Source of the DNA: a virus
IMG/VR virus record: IMGVR_UViG_3300047994_000617
Span: 64,626-128,625 of that record
DNA: 64,000 nt
Reading direction: 5' to 3' (one strand)
Shown here: positions 47,301 through 55,470 of the stretch, piece after piece
How the letters are laid out: each line of letters opens with the position of its first letter
Numbering within the stretch: the first letter of the stretch is position 1
Position numbers and translations under genes: made by a program
Notes under the pieces: model-generated
Databases searched by the model: none
What the model was told of the DNA's origin: nothing
The model's input: the letters and a program-made list of their open reading frames with translations, nothing else

Positions 47301-50300
47301 CCCGGCGGCGACGTCCACGCGGAGCGGTTCTCCGCCGGCGAGGCGCCGAGCTGGGCGCGGCTCCCCGAAGGCGACACGGGCGGACCAGAGGCCGAGGGCA
47401 CTCCCGGCAACCCGGCGGACTTCATCGGCGGCGGGATCGTATCGCTCTGGATCCCCCAGGCGGGGCGCTGGGAAGACGTCGCTCGCACCAAGCCTGGAGC
47501 TCGGGGCGCCGGCCTCGCCCAGGAGCTCGGCGCCCACCTGCTCGGCGTGCTCGCGCAGACCGTGCCCGGTGAGCCCGTGTTCGGGGTGGTCGTCCAACGC
47601 GACGCCGCCCAGAAGGGCATGCTGCTCTTCGCCAAGGCCCGCGGCGGCGCGATCGCGGGCGAGTGGTTCCCCGCCGGGAGCGCACCGCACTGGCCGTGGT
47701 GGGCGCAGGAAGCCCGTCTCGCGCCCCCGCCGCGATCGGCCGCCTACCAGGGCGACGCCGACATCTTCGAGCACGGCTCGCTCGTCTCGCTCTTCAACCG
47801 CGCGGCGGGCGCGTGGGAGGACCTCGCCGAGTCCCGTCGCACGGGGCCGTTCGACCTGAGCCCGGAGATCGCCGGGTTCATGGCCCGCGACTTCGCGGAC
47901 CGGGCGCAGCTCGCCGGCCTCGCCCGCTACGTGAAGCGCGACCCGCGCACATGGACGGGGACCGTCCTCGTGGCCTGCGGTCCCGGCGGCAAGCCCCGGG
48001 AGGAGCACTTCCCGACGGGGACGACGCCCACCTGGGGGAAGCTGCTCTCGGCGGGGGAGACCGGAAAGGCGGCCGAGGCCGGCGGCCCGGCCGAACCGAG
48101 CGCCGGGCCGAACCTCTACGTCCGGCCCACGCGGGGTCTCGATCGCGCGCAGCGACGGCGCGGGGCCCGCGCGGCATGGACGCTCTCCGAGTACGTGCGC
48201 TCGCTTCCAGGTGCTGCGGAGTGGTTCAACAACGTCTTTCCCGTCGTGATGCCACGCAGGCCCGAGAGCGATCAGGAGAGCATCGTCCTGGAAGCGCTCG
48301 CCTACGAGGGCAAGCCCATCGGCAGCGCGGTACCTGAGCAGTGGATGGGCTTCAAGGTCGTGCCGAAGAACTGGACGATCGACGCTGTGCGCCAGTTGGG
48401 CCGGGGCGTTGACCTCGGCATGATGAACGCGAACGGCACGTTCCAGGCCATCCGGGGCAGTGATGTGAAGGGCTACATGGACGTGCCGCGCGGCATGGTG
48501 TCGGGGCACGCCTACCGCATCCGTCCGCTGTCCGTTGAGTGGCAGCCTGGGGAGCGCATCGAGATCGTCGAAGACCTCGGGATTAGGCCGATCCATGCCG
48601 GGAACGAGTTCGACGACTGGGACGTCATCATCGGCACCGACCCCGATGCGGACGCGGGCGCTCCCCCTGGCGCCATCGAGCGCGAGCTCACCCGAGAGAT
48701 CGCCGCCAACCTCGCCCTCTGGTGCCGCGCCTGGCCGGTGGCCTGCGACCCCGAGGACTTCGGCACGCCGGCCGACCTGCGGGGCCTGTGGACGATCCGC
48801 GGTGCGAAGGCGCTCCGGAGCTTCCAGGAGTGGTTCAACGATCGCGCGCGCGCCTCGGTGCTGCCGGTCGACGGCATCCGGTGGCCCGGCACGACCAGGG
48901 CGCTCGCGGCCTGGGCGTCGGGCGCGAGCGGCGAGGCTGGCGATCCGCTCGACACGCTGCAAGCTGGGCTGCTCGATCCTCTGCACAAGTTCGCCGAGGA
49001 AGCCGCCCCGGAGATCGAGCAGGCGCGGCAGGCCCAACGGAACTACCTGAAGGGCACCTGGGTCAGGGACTCGGCGCTCGGGAGGTTCCTGCGCCTCGAC
49101 GTCCCCGATCCCGTGACACCCGTCACGCTGACCCCGGAGCCTCCGCCGTCCTACCCGGTCGTGCCGGTGCCGTCGCGAGCGAAGCCCCCGCGCCGGGCGC
49201 CGAGCGGATCGCCACCCCTGCGCGCGCCGCAGACCATCCTGACCCCGGAAGCCAGCAAGCGGAACGCCTTCCTCGCGGACGTGGGCGCGCTCCCGGCAGA
49301 CCCCTTCGAGGACATCCTCGACGTCGGCGACATCGATCCAGCCCAGTGCGCCGCGCTGGCGACCCTGCTCGCCCAGCTCGATCGCCGGTTCCCGTTCCGG
49401 GGAAAGGGCCCGCTCGACGGGCTCGCGGAGACCGATCAGGGCGTGCCCTACCTCCGAGTGACCGGCGATCCCGGTCGCACCGTCGGCGGGACGCGCACCG
49501 GGCCCGACCTCCGGGCGCTGAAGCGCGCGGTGATGGGCGATCCCCGTGCGGAGCAAGCCTACGAGGCGGTCGAGGACGGCGCCCGCTACCTGGTCGTCGT
49601 CGCCAAGCCGCTCCCGGCTCGCCGCCAGGACCCTTCCGCCTGGGATCTGGGCGCGCTCGCTCCGCGCGGCGAGGCATCCGGCGCGGGCAGTGGTGAGACG
49701 GGCGACGAGGCGGGCTTCCCCTGGGTAGCGGTCGGTGTTCTCGCGCTGATCGGACATTTCATCGCGCGATCCTTCCCTCCCACGGACGACAAGGCCGAGG
49801 CGATCAACGCGTACCGGGCTGCCGTCGCGAAGGGGCTCACGGACCAGCAACTCGGCGAGGCAACGCCCAAGCTCCTCGCCAACCTGGGTGGCCGGGCAGG
49901 GTGCGAGAACATTCTCGACGCCATCGAAGGGACGCGAACGCCGGACAGCCTTACGGACCAGAACCAGCGCTCGACCTACAACATCCTGAGCGGAGCGTTT
50001 CGTGGGGGCGAACCGGGCGATCTGATGCGCTCGATCTTCCGGGACCTCGGCGGCGCGCCCGGGGCGCGCAAGCTCCTCGCGGCGCTCTACAGCGGTGGCC
50101 CGACGGCCGATCTCACGCCCCTTGGCCAGCGGGTCGCCCGCACGGTCGGCAGCAAGATGCGCGCGGAGCACGGCGACGCGAGCGGTCCCCTCGAACCCTG
50201 GGGAGCAGCGTTCGAGCTCGTCCATCAGGTGGACCGTCTCTGGCCGAACAGGTCGCGGATCCACGACGGCGTGTGGGAGGGCAAAGAGCCGCACGCGGAG

Positions 50301-50921
50301 ACCGGGACGGGCCGAGCGCTCTTCGTGGGCTTCACCTACGACCCGGACAAGGGCCTCACCCGCGCCGACTTCGAGCGGATCCTGGGCGGACTCGCCCGCG
50401 ATCCACGCTACCTCGCGCACTATACGGGAAACGCCCGGGAGCCGTGGCGCATCGTGCTCGCTCTCGAGACCGCGGCTGACTGCAGCCCGTGGAACTTCTC
50501 GGGAGGGCAGACGGGAGGGCCCAGTCCGGAGACCGCCGGCGCCGGCGAGCCCTTTGCGGCCCTGACCACGCTGCTCAACCAGATCAACGCGCGCTACCCC
50601 AACCGGGACACCGGCCGCCAGGACGGGATCCAGACCGAGGGAGGCCGCTTCGCGCTGGCGATCACCGAGGACAAGGCCGCGCACATCGGCGCGCGCCTCC
50701 CGTCCCTCGCACAGCTCGCCGCCGCGGTCCGGGCCGATCCGCGCTGTGAGCGGGCGGAGTTGCTCGAGCCGCACTTCTGGAACTCGACCGAGGTCCCCTA
50801 CCTGCGGATCTTCACCCGAGCGGGATCGGCCTCCGAGGACGACCGGCGCTGGAACCTCTCCGCGCTCGGCGGGAGCGACACCGGCGAGGCCACCCAGCCG
50901 AGGACGAGCGCCCGGTGCTGA
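41325..50921 (+). CDS. ~3198-aa mosaic protein: unknown N-terminal domain, serpin, papain-like (C39-like) protease, hydrophobic hairpin, PG-binding-like domain, internal repeats
   Basis: Serpin ~42615-43724 (FSPASI..VNAIYFLGKW..VDEEGTEAAAAT..FNADHPFLF..LFMGRV). Protease GQCGGM/HQV/WDPN ~43830-44440. ALRSFQ..LPVDGI..T..AL ~48750-48920. Confidence 0.85.
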   Translation: MTSARQIRGSAFMASLPPGGDPTSIREREALVLDAVRRGIAQPITWAPVKTQIPGHTGVVYVATDTLRFGVPGPTSTSLVAPADRREWAGEPGDWNWVRIAVTADTAQKIADQLGVLLPTDKILDLAHAQADVHLTPHVQMNVTATTEGMLQHHVAIEAERAGREGLISTIGKDWILGNELCPPPWGGPPAHPLGYDGAINYGWHTDQAPTRNGPYVAQPGIVVWQSRGLRHNRGHVDYSQWVPRFVAPWMEVDGQRVSTADVMQSKELAGLVSYEGPLRSVRLPDAPSRKLQNRTARPGAGERPAPEAADPFDALEAGAPSPTPDTFYRSANGDVWIGTIEDGMFRWNAAAVFKPPREKTLPGHAYRIGPLRDCGEGECTFDLLEDLELVPVHGTDIDTSGASQEAPSPPTGSGLCDPFADYRAEHPESGVNAFGLALFARIRRAPGNLAFSPASIWTALAMPFAGARGETAEQMARTLDDHRTSREIVPAAGVVVSRINEPRPGTTIRLASRLFGAQGYPFQPAYLRLTRETFGAPLEPVDFGAAEAARARINGWVAEQTEDRIKDLLPEGSVDSLTRLVLVNAIYFLGKWAAPFEATGTRPAPFHASPTDVRQVPTMAQTLHCRFADVAGVKLAELPYRNNDLAMLLVLPAEVDGLAALEARLSPAVLADWVGALSEARVRVRLPKFEIAPEGFSLGAALKALGMPLAFDPARADFTGIAEPTSSTERLFLSDVFHKAFVKVDEEGTEAAAATAIVAKAVSMDPRPEADFNADHPFLFFLRDTNTGMVLFMGRVSDPAASAPGTRDAGEPLLLGPTDPSFDLAETGAPEAGSKVIDLGDHILRFVNSFRDAKFLGITFPGQCGGMASTVLDYFFADRPAPTGRTTPPVSDPLGAYIQGRQQDSLLFGGNIAHFAKMLVNPDDADIARQSAASFAEVRRAIDAGKPVLLGLIPHPWSLDPRKVTRAHQVVAHGYMVGDDGGRSVLIWDPNRPLVSGNYLYQAAGTLHWIEPATPTLRSVEWRGFFVEAGYVPRDPPKVEEMMATNDAGAPADPFTALDAADPLDVLQEKVLDPLHEAAKGTWLENVRTAQRDYLKSTWVADTKLGDFLRLNDPPPPAPPAIPAEGATFELYPKPLKLSPEAGDPAAEPEPSRTDVLLEVLRMRRERHVAPFSSCNITGAEWSEAEARARAAAARARSNLDAGNLDLDAGDAQGDQALAAAGKGAGIGAAVGTVLEAVPVVGPLLHVVAVVVGAIAGAIAGATMDTFHLETPVVAAGLVVAMHVLPNLLFSGIDTVTVDNGTNKHPPEEHAARLARYLLLCMGAVPNSWKLYNPNDFHSHDNPYMEAVDPRFPLTDPRYDARIKAAVSRGILLPPDVSTPAQAQALLLAFRAILAPSKLLQWSQVQAHLPQLRRNIQHLRALAGETGDDPELRIALGGDVQPHFFYPHGTHVAPRHVQAPRPAPAAPRPILRLPAPRRPLAPAPPDPFRDLRPQPETRSPTMTTDAPEDPFQTLTDAGAPADAGEAGAPPEPWRLKDPTWRPVVVREATAADLHQQGWLPAYSKGAKVFAVPPGVGGGWVDLGGRTAVGYYFSPQEPWRGASVGDSPPGEILPAITNGSVSGYPVDSRDWSQGILGEAGTWTYFRFKENRRIPLASGIRDVARADATTRENYGSFTEPITIYRVPADGTGEWVVVFTNRNWKYDRYRYDRDAWMHFDRTLASGVPEGEAEARDRQIQGDERRMGEPNVVVLRTPSDDWMEHRFVWDTKQGGVPEPGSGAYGMAPGAPKRSETAGAEGGGEPSSFAGGSLVSIWHPTDQRWQDVARTQPGPRGADLATDVGTLCAKALSVRFPGPLFVQVIRRTPGSRGVTLLVARDGQATAQEFPAGGVEPSWPGWTRASGVAPTRPRPGRYDGDGDTFASSSTVSMWIARGGTWEDLAEALPHRDVDIGSLLAKHVVHSTAQKSTRTARARCVRRGADGAPMETTLFACRPGGDVHAERFSAGEAPSWARLPEGDTGGPEAEGTPGNPADFIGGGIVSLWIPQAGRWEDVARTKPGARGAGLAQELGAHLLGVLAQTVPGEPVFGVVVQRDAAQKGMLLFAKARGGAIAGEWFPAGSAPHWPWWAQEARLAPPPRSAAYQGDADIFEHGSLVSLFNRAAGAWEDLAESRRTGPFDLSPEIAGFMARDFADRAQLAGLARYVKRDPRTWTGTVLVACGPGGKPREEHFPTGTTPTWGKLLSAGETGKAAEAGGPAEPSAGPNLYVRPTRGLDRAQRRRGARAAWTLSEYVRSLPGAAEWFNNVFPVVMPRRPESDQESIVLEALAYEGKPIGSAVPEQWMGFKVVPKNWTIDAVRQLGRGVDLGMMNANGTFQAIRGSDVKGYMDVPRGMVSGHAYRIRPLSVEWQPGERIEIVEDLGIRPIHAGNEFDDWDVIIGTDPDADAGAPPGAIERELTREIAANLALWCRAWPVACDPEDFGTPADLRGLWTIRGAKALRSFQEWFNDRARASVLPVDGIRWPGTTRALAAWASGASGEAGDPLDTLQAGLLDPLHKFAEEAAPEIEQARQAQRNYLKGTWVRDSALGRFLRLDVPDPVTPVTLTPEPPPSYPVVPVPSRAKPPRRAPSGSPPLRAPQTILTPEASKRNAFLADVGALPADPFEDILDVGDIDPAQCAALATLLAQLDRRFPFRGKGPLDGLAETDQGVPYLRVTGDPGRTVGGTRTGPDLRALKRAVMGDPRAEQAYEAVEDGARYLVVVAKPLPARRQDPSAWDLGALAPRGEASGAGSGETGDEAGFPWVAVGVLALIGHFIARSFPPTDDKAEAINAYRAAVAKGLTDQQLGEATPKLLANLGGRAGCENILDAIEGTRTPDSLTDQNQRSTYNILSGAFRGGEPGDLMRSIFRDLGGAPGARKLLAALYSGGPTADLTPLGQRVARTVGSKMRAEHGDASGPLEPWGAAFELVHQVDRLWPNRSRIHDGVWEGKEPHAETGTGRALFVGFTYDPDKGLTRADFERILGGLARDPRYLAHYTGNAREPWRIVLALETAADCSPWNFSGGQTGGPSPETAGAGEPFAALTTLLNQINARYPNRDTGRQDGIQTEGGRFALAITEDKAAHIGARLPSLAQLAAAVRADPRCERAELLEPHFWNSTEVPYLRIFTRAGSASEDDRRWNLSALGGSDTGEATQPRTSARC

Positions 50922-50982
50922 CCTCCGGTGTCCAGCGTTCGATGGGCGATCCGCGCGGCACGCGCCGAGGGAGGGTCCCGTC

Positions 50983-51513
50983 GTGAGTCCCGAGGTGTGG
51001 GCCCTGGTCATCGGCTCGACGATCGCGCTGGGGATGTTCGCGCAGAAGGCTCTCGACAAGTGGGCGCGTCCGCCTGCCCCGCCCACCCCCCCGGTGCCCC
51101 AGACCCCGCCGCCGCCCGCCCTCGATCCGCGGCTCACGACGCTTCCCCAGCCTCCGCCGATGGTGGTGGCGTCCCCCACGTACCTCACGCCGGCGCCAGC
51201 CACCTTCCGGAATCCGCAGGAGAGCGGCGGTGAGTGCATGGGCTGCGCCGCTCACGGGAGAGATATTGCGGACCTGCGCAAGCTCGTGGAGCGCCTCCAG
51301 AGCGAGACGGTGAAGCTCGGAGATTTCACCCTGCTCAAAGAAGAGTTCGTCGAGGAGCGCAAAGAGGACCGGGCGACGCGCGCGCGGATCCAGACCTACT
51401 TCGACAAGAAGGCGGGCGCCAAGGAAGCGCTCGCGCATCTCGGACGACAACACCAACTGCCGCGGGGCGGCGGAGACTTCGGCAATGGTAACGGAAGCGA
51501 CAGCATCCCCTGA
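50983..51513 (+). CDS. Single-TM coiled-coil protein (holin/lysis-accessory-like)
   Basis: N-terminal TM segment, Pro-rich linker, CxxC and coiled coil. Confidence 0.5.
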   Translation: MSPEVWALVIGSTIALGMFAQKALDKWARPPAPPTPPVPQTPPPPALDPRLTTLPQPPPMVVASPTYLTPAPATFRNPQESGGECMGCAAHGRDIADLRKLVERLQSETVKLGDFTLLKEEFVEERKEDRATRARIQTYFDKKAGAKEALAHLGRQHQLPRGGGDFGNGNGSDSIP

Positions 51514-51706
51514 TACGGAGCCCCCGACCTGGGCCCGGATCTACGAGCTCTGCCTCGAAGGTCTGGATGACACGACGGACGACGGACCGCCGCTCACCGC
51601 GGAAGAGCGGGAGACCGTCCTGGCGAACCACCGCGGGCACGCCGGCGCCGTCGGCCCCGCCAGCGGACAGGCGGGCCCCGTCCTCGCGCTTCCGCCGAAC
51701 CACTGA
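51485..51706 (+). CDS. Small acidic hypothetical protein
   Basis: Fills the gap in the operon. Confidence 0.35.
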   Translation: MVTEATASPDTEPPTWARIYELCLEGLDDTTDDGPPLTAEERETVLANHRGHAGAVGPASGQAGPVLALPPNH

Positions 51707-51723
51707 CCGATACCGGAGGAATC

Positions 51724-52197
51724 ATGGAGACGACCGTCATCGCCCAACAGGCCCGAATGCTGCTCATCGCCCTGTGGGCGAGGCTCAACTGGAAGACCAC
51801 CCTTCTCGGGGTGCTCTCCGCGACCGCGGTCGTCCTTCAACGCATCCCGGACGCTTCGCCGCACTGGCAGGACGTCGTGGCGGCGGTCGCCCTGACCGTG
51901 CTCGGCGCGCTCGGGGTCGACCCAAACCGGTTGCCCGCGGGCGAAACCACGGCGTCGGCGCTGCTCTCGTGGGCGCAGATCAACTGGCAGACCACGCTGG
52001 CCGGCGTGGTCACCGCCGGCGTGGTGGTGCTCCAGCGCGACGGGATGCTGCACTGGCAAGACGGGGTGGCCGCCCTGCTGCTCACAGCGCTCGGTGCGCT
52101 CGCTGTGGATCCCCACCGCGTGCCGGTGCCGTCCGTCGCCCCCCGGCCCGCCACGCCCGCCGATCCCCCTGCCCCCTCCCCCTCGACCCCGCAGTGA
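51724..52197 (+). CDS. Holin-like membrane protein with internal duplication
   Basis: Two copies of NW[KQ]TTLxG..HWQD.VAA..LT.LGAL.VDP; strong RBS GGAGG. Confidence 0.6.
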   Translation: METTVIAQQARMLLIALWARLNWKTTLLGVLSATAVVLQRIPDASPHWQDVVAAVALTVLGALGVDPNRLPAGETTASALLSWAQINWQTTLAGVVTAGVVVLQRDGMLHWQDGVAALLLTALGALAVDPHRVPVPSVAPRPATPADPPAPSPSTPQ

Positions 52198-52211
52198 TCG
52201 GAGCACCGTCG

Positions 52212-53117
52212 ATGGAGCCCTCGTCCAAGCTCGCGGGCTTCGCGCTCCTCGGCCAATCGCTCCCGGTGGCGCGGATCTTCGTGGCGATCCCCGTCCCGGC
52301 CGATCTGGGCGCATCTCTGGGCCGGGCGACCGCCCGCACCCGGAGCTCCGCGCCCGCCGCCCGGTGGACGGCGCCGGCGGCGCTGCACATCACCCTCGCC
52401 TTCCTCGGCGACGTCCCCTTCGCGCGCCTGCCGGAGGTCCTCGGCGCTTGCTTCGAGGTCACCCTGCAGCACGCCCCGATCGATCTCGTGTGCGTCGGCG
52501 CTGGCGTCTTCAAGGGTAAGCGCCCCAAGGTCCTCTGGGCCGGCCTGATCGGCGCCACGGCCGCGCTCGAGGCGGTCCACCGGGATCTCCTCGCCAGCCT
52601 CCAGCCCCTCGGCGTCCCGCCCGCGCAGCACCCCTTCGCGGCGCACATCACCCTGGCGAGGGCCGAGGACCCCAACGGCGACCCGGCGCTCGTCCGGTGC
52701 GCCTCGGCCCTCCAGGACAGCGACTTCGGCGCCATGCGCGCCGCCGAGATGGTGCTCTACCGGAGCGACGGTCCGCCGCGGCACCACGCCTACACGCCGA
52801 TCGCGCGGCTCCCATTCCGGGGGCGCGATGGGGCGTCGGCGAAGCCAGCGTTGGAGGAGTTGGAGGAGCGCATCCGGGCGGCCTACCTCCGGGTGACCGG
52901 CGGGAAGCTGAACGAGAGCGTGACCCTGGCCAAGCTCCGCGCCGAGCTCCCCGGCGCGCCCAGGGAGGCCGTGGACGAAGAGCTCCGCCGGATGCAGCAG
53001 GAGCACGTCGCGGTGCTCTACCCGATCGATGACCCGCGGCGGCTCCGGCCCGAGGACCACGCCGCGGCGATGAGGGTCGCCGGAGAGCGGCGCGACATCG
53101 TGGCCCTGACGAGGTGA
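52212..53117 (+). CDS. 2H phosphoesterase (ThpR/2'-5' RNA ligase family) + C-terminal helical domain
   Basis: RIFVAI..LHITLAFLG..VLWAG..FAAHITLAR..LYRS; both HxT motifs intact. Confidence 0.85.
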   Translation: MEPSSKLAGFALLGQSLPVARIFVAIPVPADLGASLGRATARTRSSAPAARWTAPAALHITLAFLGDVPFARLPEVLGACFEVTLQHAPIDLVCVGAGVFKGKRPKVLWAGLIGATAALEAVHRDLLASLQPLGVPPAQHPFAAHITLARAEDPNGDPALVRCASALQDSDFGAMRAAEMVLYRSDGPPRHHAYTPIARLPFRGRDGASAKPALEELEERIRAAYLRVTGGKLNESVTLAKLRAELPGAPREAVDEELRRMQQEHVAVLYPIDDPRRLRPEDHAAAMRVAGERRDIVALTR

Positions 53118-53120
53118 TGG

Positions 53121-54296
53121 GTGGCCGTCTCGCGCAGGCTGGAGGGGTTCGCGCTTCTCGGGGTCGCTGCCGCGCCCGCGCCGGAGAGTGCGCGCCTCGC
53201 CGGCTTCGCCCTTCTGCGGCCAGCGCCGGCGCCGGCACCCGAGAGCGCGCGCTTCCGCGGCTTCGCCGCGCTCGCCGCCGTCCCCGGGCCGATGACGCTG
53301 CAGCGCTTCGTCTCCCTGCCCCCGTCTCAGCGGCCCCTCCTGGTGGTGGCCGACGGAATGGGCCTCGATTCCTCCGGGGTGCTGGAGGGTCTTCGTCGGC
53401 TCGGTGTCCGCCCCGACGTCATCCAGCACGCCGACACCGGCGACGAAGGAAAGAAGACCGTCGCCTTCCGCGAGGTCCGCCAGGCCTGGCTCCGAAGGAT
53501 CGGCTTCCCCGAGTTCGTGCTGGTGAAGCGACCGCCGGGCATCTCGGGCAAGACGGGCATGTTCTTCGAGACGCTCGGCGAGAAGTGCATCGCCTACGAC
53601 ACCCTCCCCGGCCACGCCTTCGGGAAGAAGAGCTGCTCGAAGGAGTGGAAGATCGAGCCCCAGGAGACGTGGCTGGCGAAGTACCCGCCCGCCAAGGCGC
53701 TCTGGGACCGCGGCGACAAGGTGGTGAAGGCGATCGGGTACGACGCGGGGCCGCTCGACTCCCGCCGGGCCCACAAGCTCACCAACGACGACCGCTACGA
53801 ATACATCTACCCCCTCCGCGAGTGGGGTTGGGACCGGGCCCGCATCCGCGCCGAGCTCGCGGCGGTGGGGGCGCCCATCCCGCCCAAGAGCGCCTGCACC
53901 TTCTGCCCGGCGGCGAAGCCCTGGGAGATCGCGGAGCTCGTACGCGACGAGCCTGAGAAGGCCGATCAGATCGTCGCAATGGAGGATGCCGCCCGGCCGG
54001 GCCTCCGGGGCATCGAGGGGCTCTGGGGCGAGGGACGCAAGGGCTTCCGGATGGTCAAGGGCGTCCCCAAGCCCACAGGCGCCATCGCGCGCCCTGGGTC
54101 GATGGCGCTCTTCATCCGCCAGCTCCGCGCCGACCCCGCCCTGCTCGAGCACTACCTCGCCATGCGGCCCCCGGAGCCCGTCTACCTCGGTCCGGTGGGC
54201 GGCATCCCGCGGTTCCGGGGACCCACCAACGACGCGCCCCCTTCGCGCCGGCGCCTGCCACTCGTCGAGCATGAGCCGCTCTCGGAGGCTGGATGA
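53121..54296 (+). CDS. PP-loop (PAPS-reductase/DndC-like superfamily) protein
   Basis: GMGLDS, HADTGDE, CSKEWKIEP, IGYDA, YPLREWGWDR and KSACTFCP. Confidence 0.7.
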   Translation: MAVSRRLEGFALLGVAAAPAPESARLAGFALLRPAPAPAPESARFRGFAALAAVPGPMTLQRFVSLPPSQRPLLVVADGMGLDSSGVLEGLRRLGVRPDVIQHADTGDEGKKTVAFREVRQAWLRRIGFPEFVLVKRPPGISGKTGMFFETLGEKCIAYDTLPGHAFGKKSCSKEWKIEPQETWLAKYPPAKALWDRGDKVVKAIGYDAGPLDSRRAHKLTNDDRYEYIYPLREWGWDRARIRAELAAVGAPIPPKSACTFCPAAKPWEIAELVRDEPEKADQIVAMEDAARPGLRGIEGLWGEGRKGFRMVKGVPKPTGAIARPGSMALFIRQLRADPALLEHYLAMRPPEPVYLGPVGGIPRFRGPTNDAPPSRRRLPLVEHEPLSEAG

Positions 54297-55168
54297 CCTC
54301 CGCGCGCCTCGCCGGCTTCGCCCTGCTCGGGACCCGTCCGCCTGCGCCCGCGACCGACTGGAGGGCGTTCTCGCGGGCCCTGAAGAAGCTGCTCTGGGGG
54401 CCGCTGTTGTCCATGCTCCACCCGCTGGGCGATGCCGGATGGAACGACGGCGGCTGCAGAGTGCTCGCAGACGCCAATCTCCTCTGGCTCCCCCGAGCGA
54501 CGCGGTACGTGGTCACCGGCACGCACGACCACGGGCCTGGCGGCCCCGCCAAGGTGCAGCACGTGCTCGTGCGGGTCGGGGATCGTTACCTCGACGGCGA
54601 CGGGGCCTCGACAGAGGCCACGCTGCTGAAGCGCTGGCGCACCCAGGAGGACGTGGCGAACGCGCGGCTCGCGCCCGATCCTGCTGGGCTCTTCGCCGAT
54701 AGCGCCGAGGAGATCCCCCAGGACCGCGAGATGTCCGAGGAGATTGCTGCGGTGCTCCGCAACAAGCTCTCGGCCCTGATGCCCGCGGACGCGCGGCCCG
54801 CCGCCGCGCTGGTGATCGCCCAGACCGCCGAGGGCCTCTTCGCCGCGATCCGCAGCCACAAGCACGGGGGCAGGGTCTGCTTCCCCGGCGGCACGATCGA
54901 GCCGCGCGAGACGCCCGCCCAGGCGGCCGCCCGCGAACTGGGGGAGGAGACCGGCCTCGAGGCTGGCCCGATGAAGCACCTCGGGACGCGGGACGACAGC
55001 GAGCACGTCTGCGCCCTCTTCCTGGCCCCCGCCTGGCACGGGGCGCTCCGTTCCTCCCGGGAGGGCGAAGCCTTCTGGGCAACCGAACGAGACCTGACGG
55101 GGGCCTCGTCGGCCTTCCCCGAGTTCAACCGCTGGGCCTTCGAGCGCCTGGCTGCAAAGGCGACATGA
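54293..55168 (+). CDS. Unknown N-terminal domain + Nudix hydrolase
   Basis: Nudix box GTIEPRETPAQAAARELGEETGL. The N-terminal domain has GGC..LA / HVLV / YLDGDG (Cys-His-Asp spacing). Confidence 0.8.
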   Translation: MTSARLAGFALLGTRPPAPATDWRAFSRALKKLLWGPLLSMLHPLGDAGWNDGGCRVLADANLLWLPRATRYVVTGTHDHGPGGPAKVQHVLVRVGDRYLDGDGASTEATLLKRWRTQEDVANARLAPDPAGLFADSAEEIPQDREMSEEIAAVLRNKLSALMPADARPAAALVIAQTAEGLFAAIRSHKHGGRVCFPGGTIEPRETPAQAAARELGEETGLEAGPMKHLGTRDDSEHVCALFLAPAWHGALRSSREGEAFWATERDLTGASSAFPEFNRWAFERLAAKAT

Positions 55169-55470
55169 AGGACGTCGACCGAGAGGCACCGACCCCGCGA
55201 GAGAGCGCGACGTGGGAGTTCCAGAGGGGGGTCGCCAAGGGGCTTTCCCAGCAACTGCAGGACGAAGAGATCCGGCTCGGGAAGGTGTCCCCGTCGCTCG
55301 ATACCGGCCGGGCCAACATGCTGCGCTACCAGCGCATGGTGGTCGACCACTATGCCGCGCTCTTCGAGCGCGAGGTGCGCCCGGGCGCGCCCGGGATGGG
55401 CGCGCGAGACCGCAGCGAGTTCTCCGCGCTCGTCCGCCTGGTGCAGGCGTTGCTGGAGCCGCGCGCGTGA
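55165..55470 (+). CDS. Hypothetical protein
   Basis: Coupled at both ends (ATGA and GTGA). Confidence 0.55.
   Translation: MKDVDREAPTPRESATWEFQRGVAKGLSQQLQDEEIRLGKVSPSLDTGRANMLRYQRMVVDHYAALFEREVRPGAPGMGARDRSEFSALVRLVQALLEPRA

Noticed and set aside
27414-51239. Very long minus-strand ORFs (1522, 2564, 1506 and 1741 aa)
   Set aside because: Antisense shadows of GC-biased plus-strand genes that carry clear motifs; their translations have no recognisable domains.
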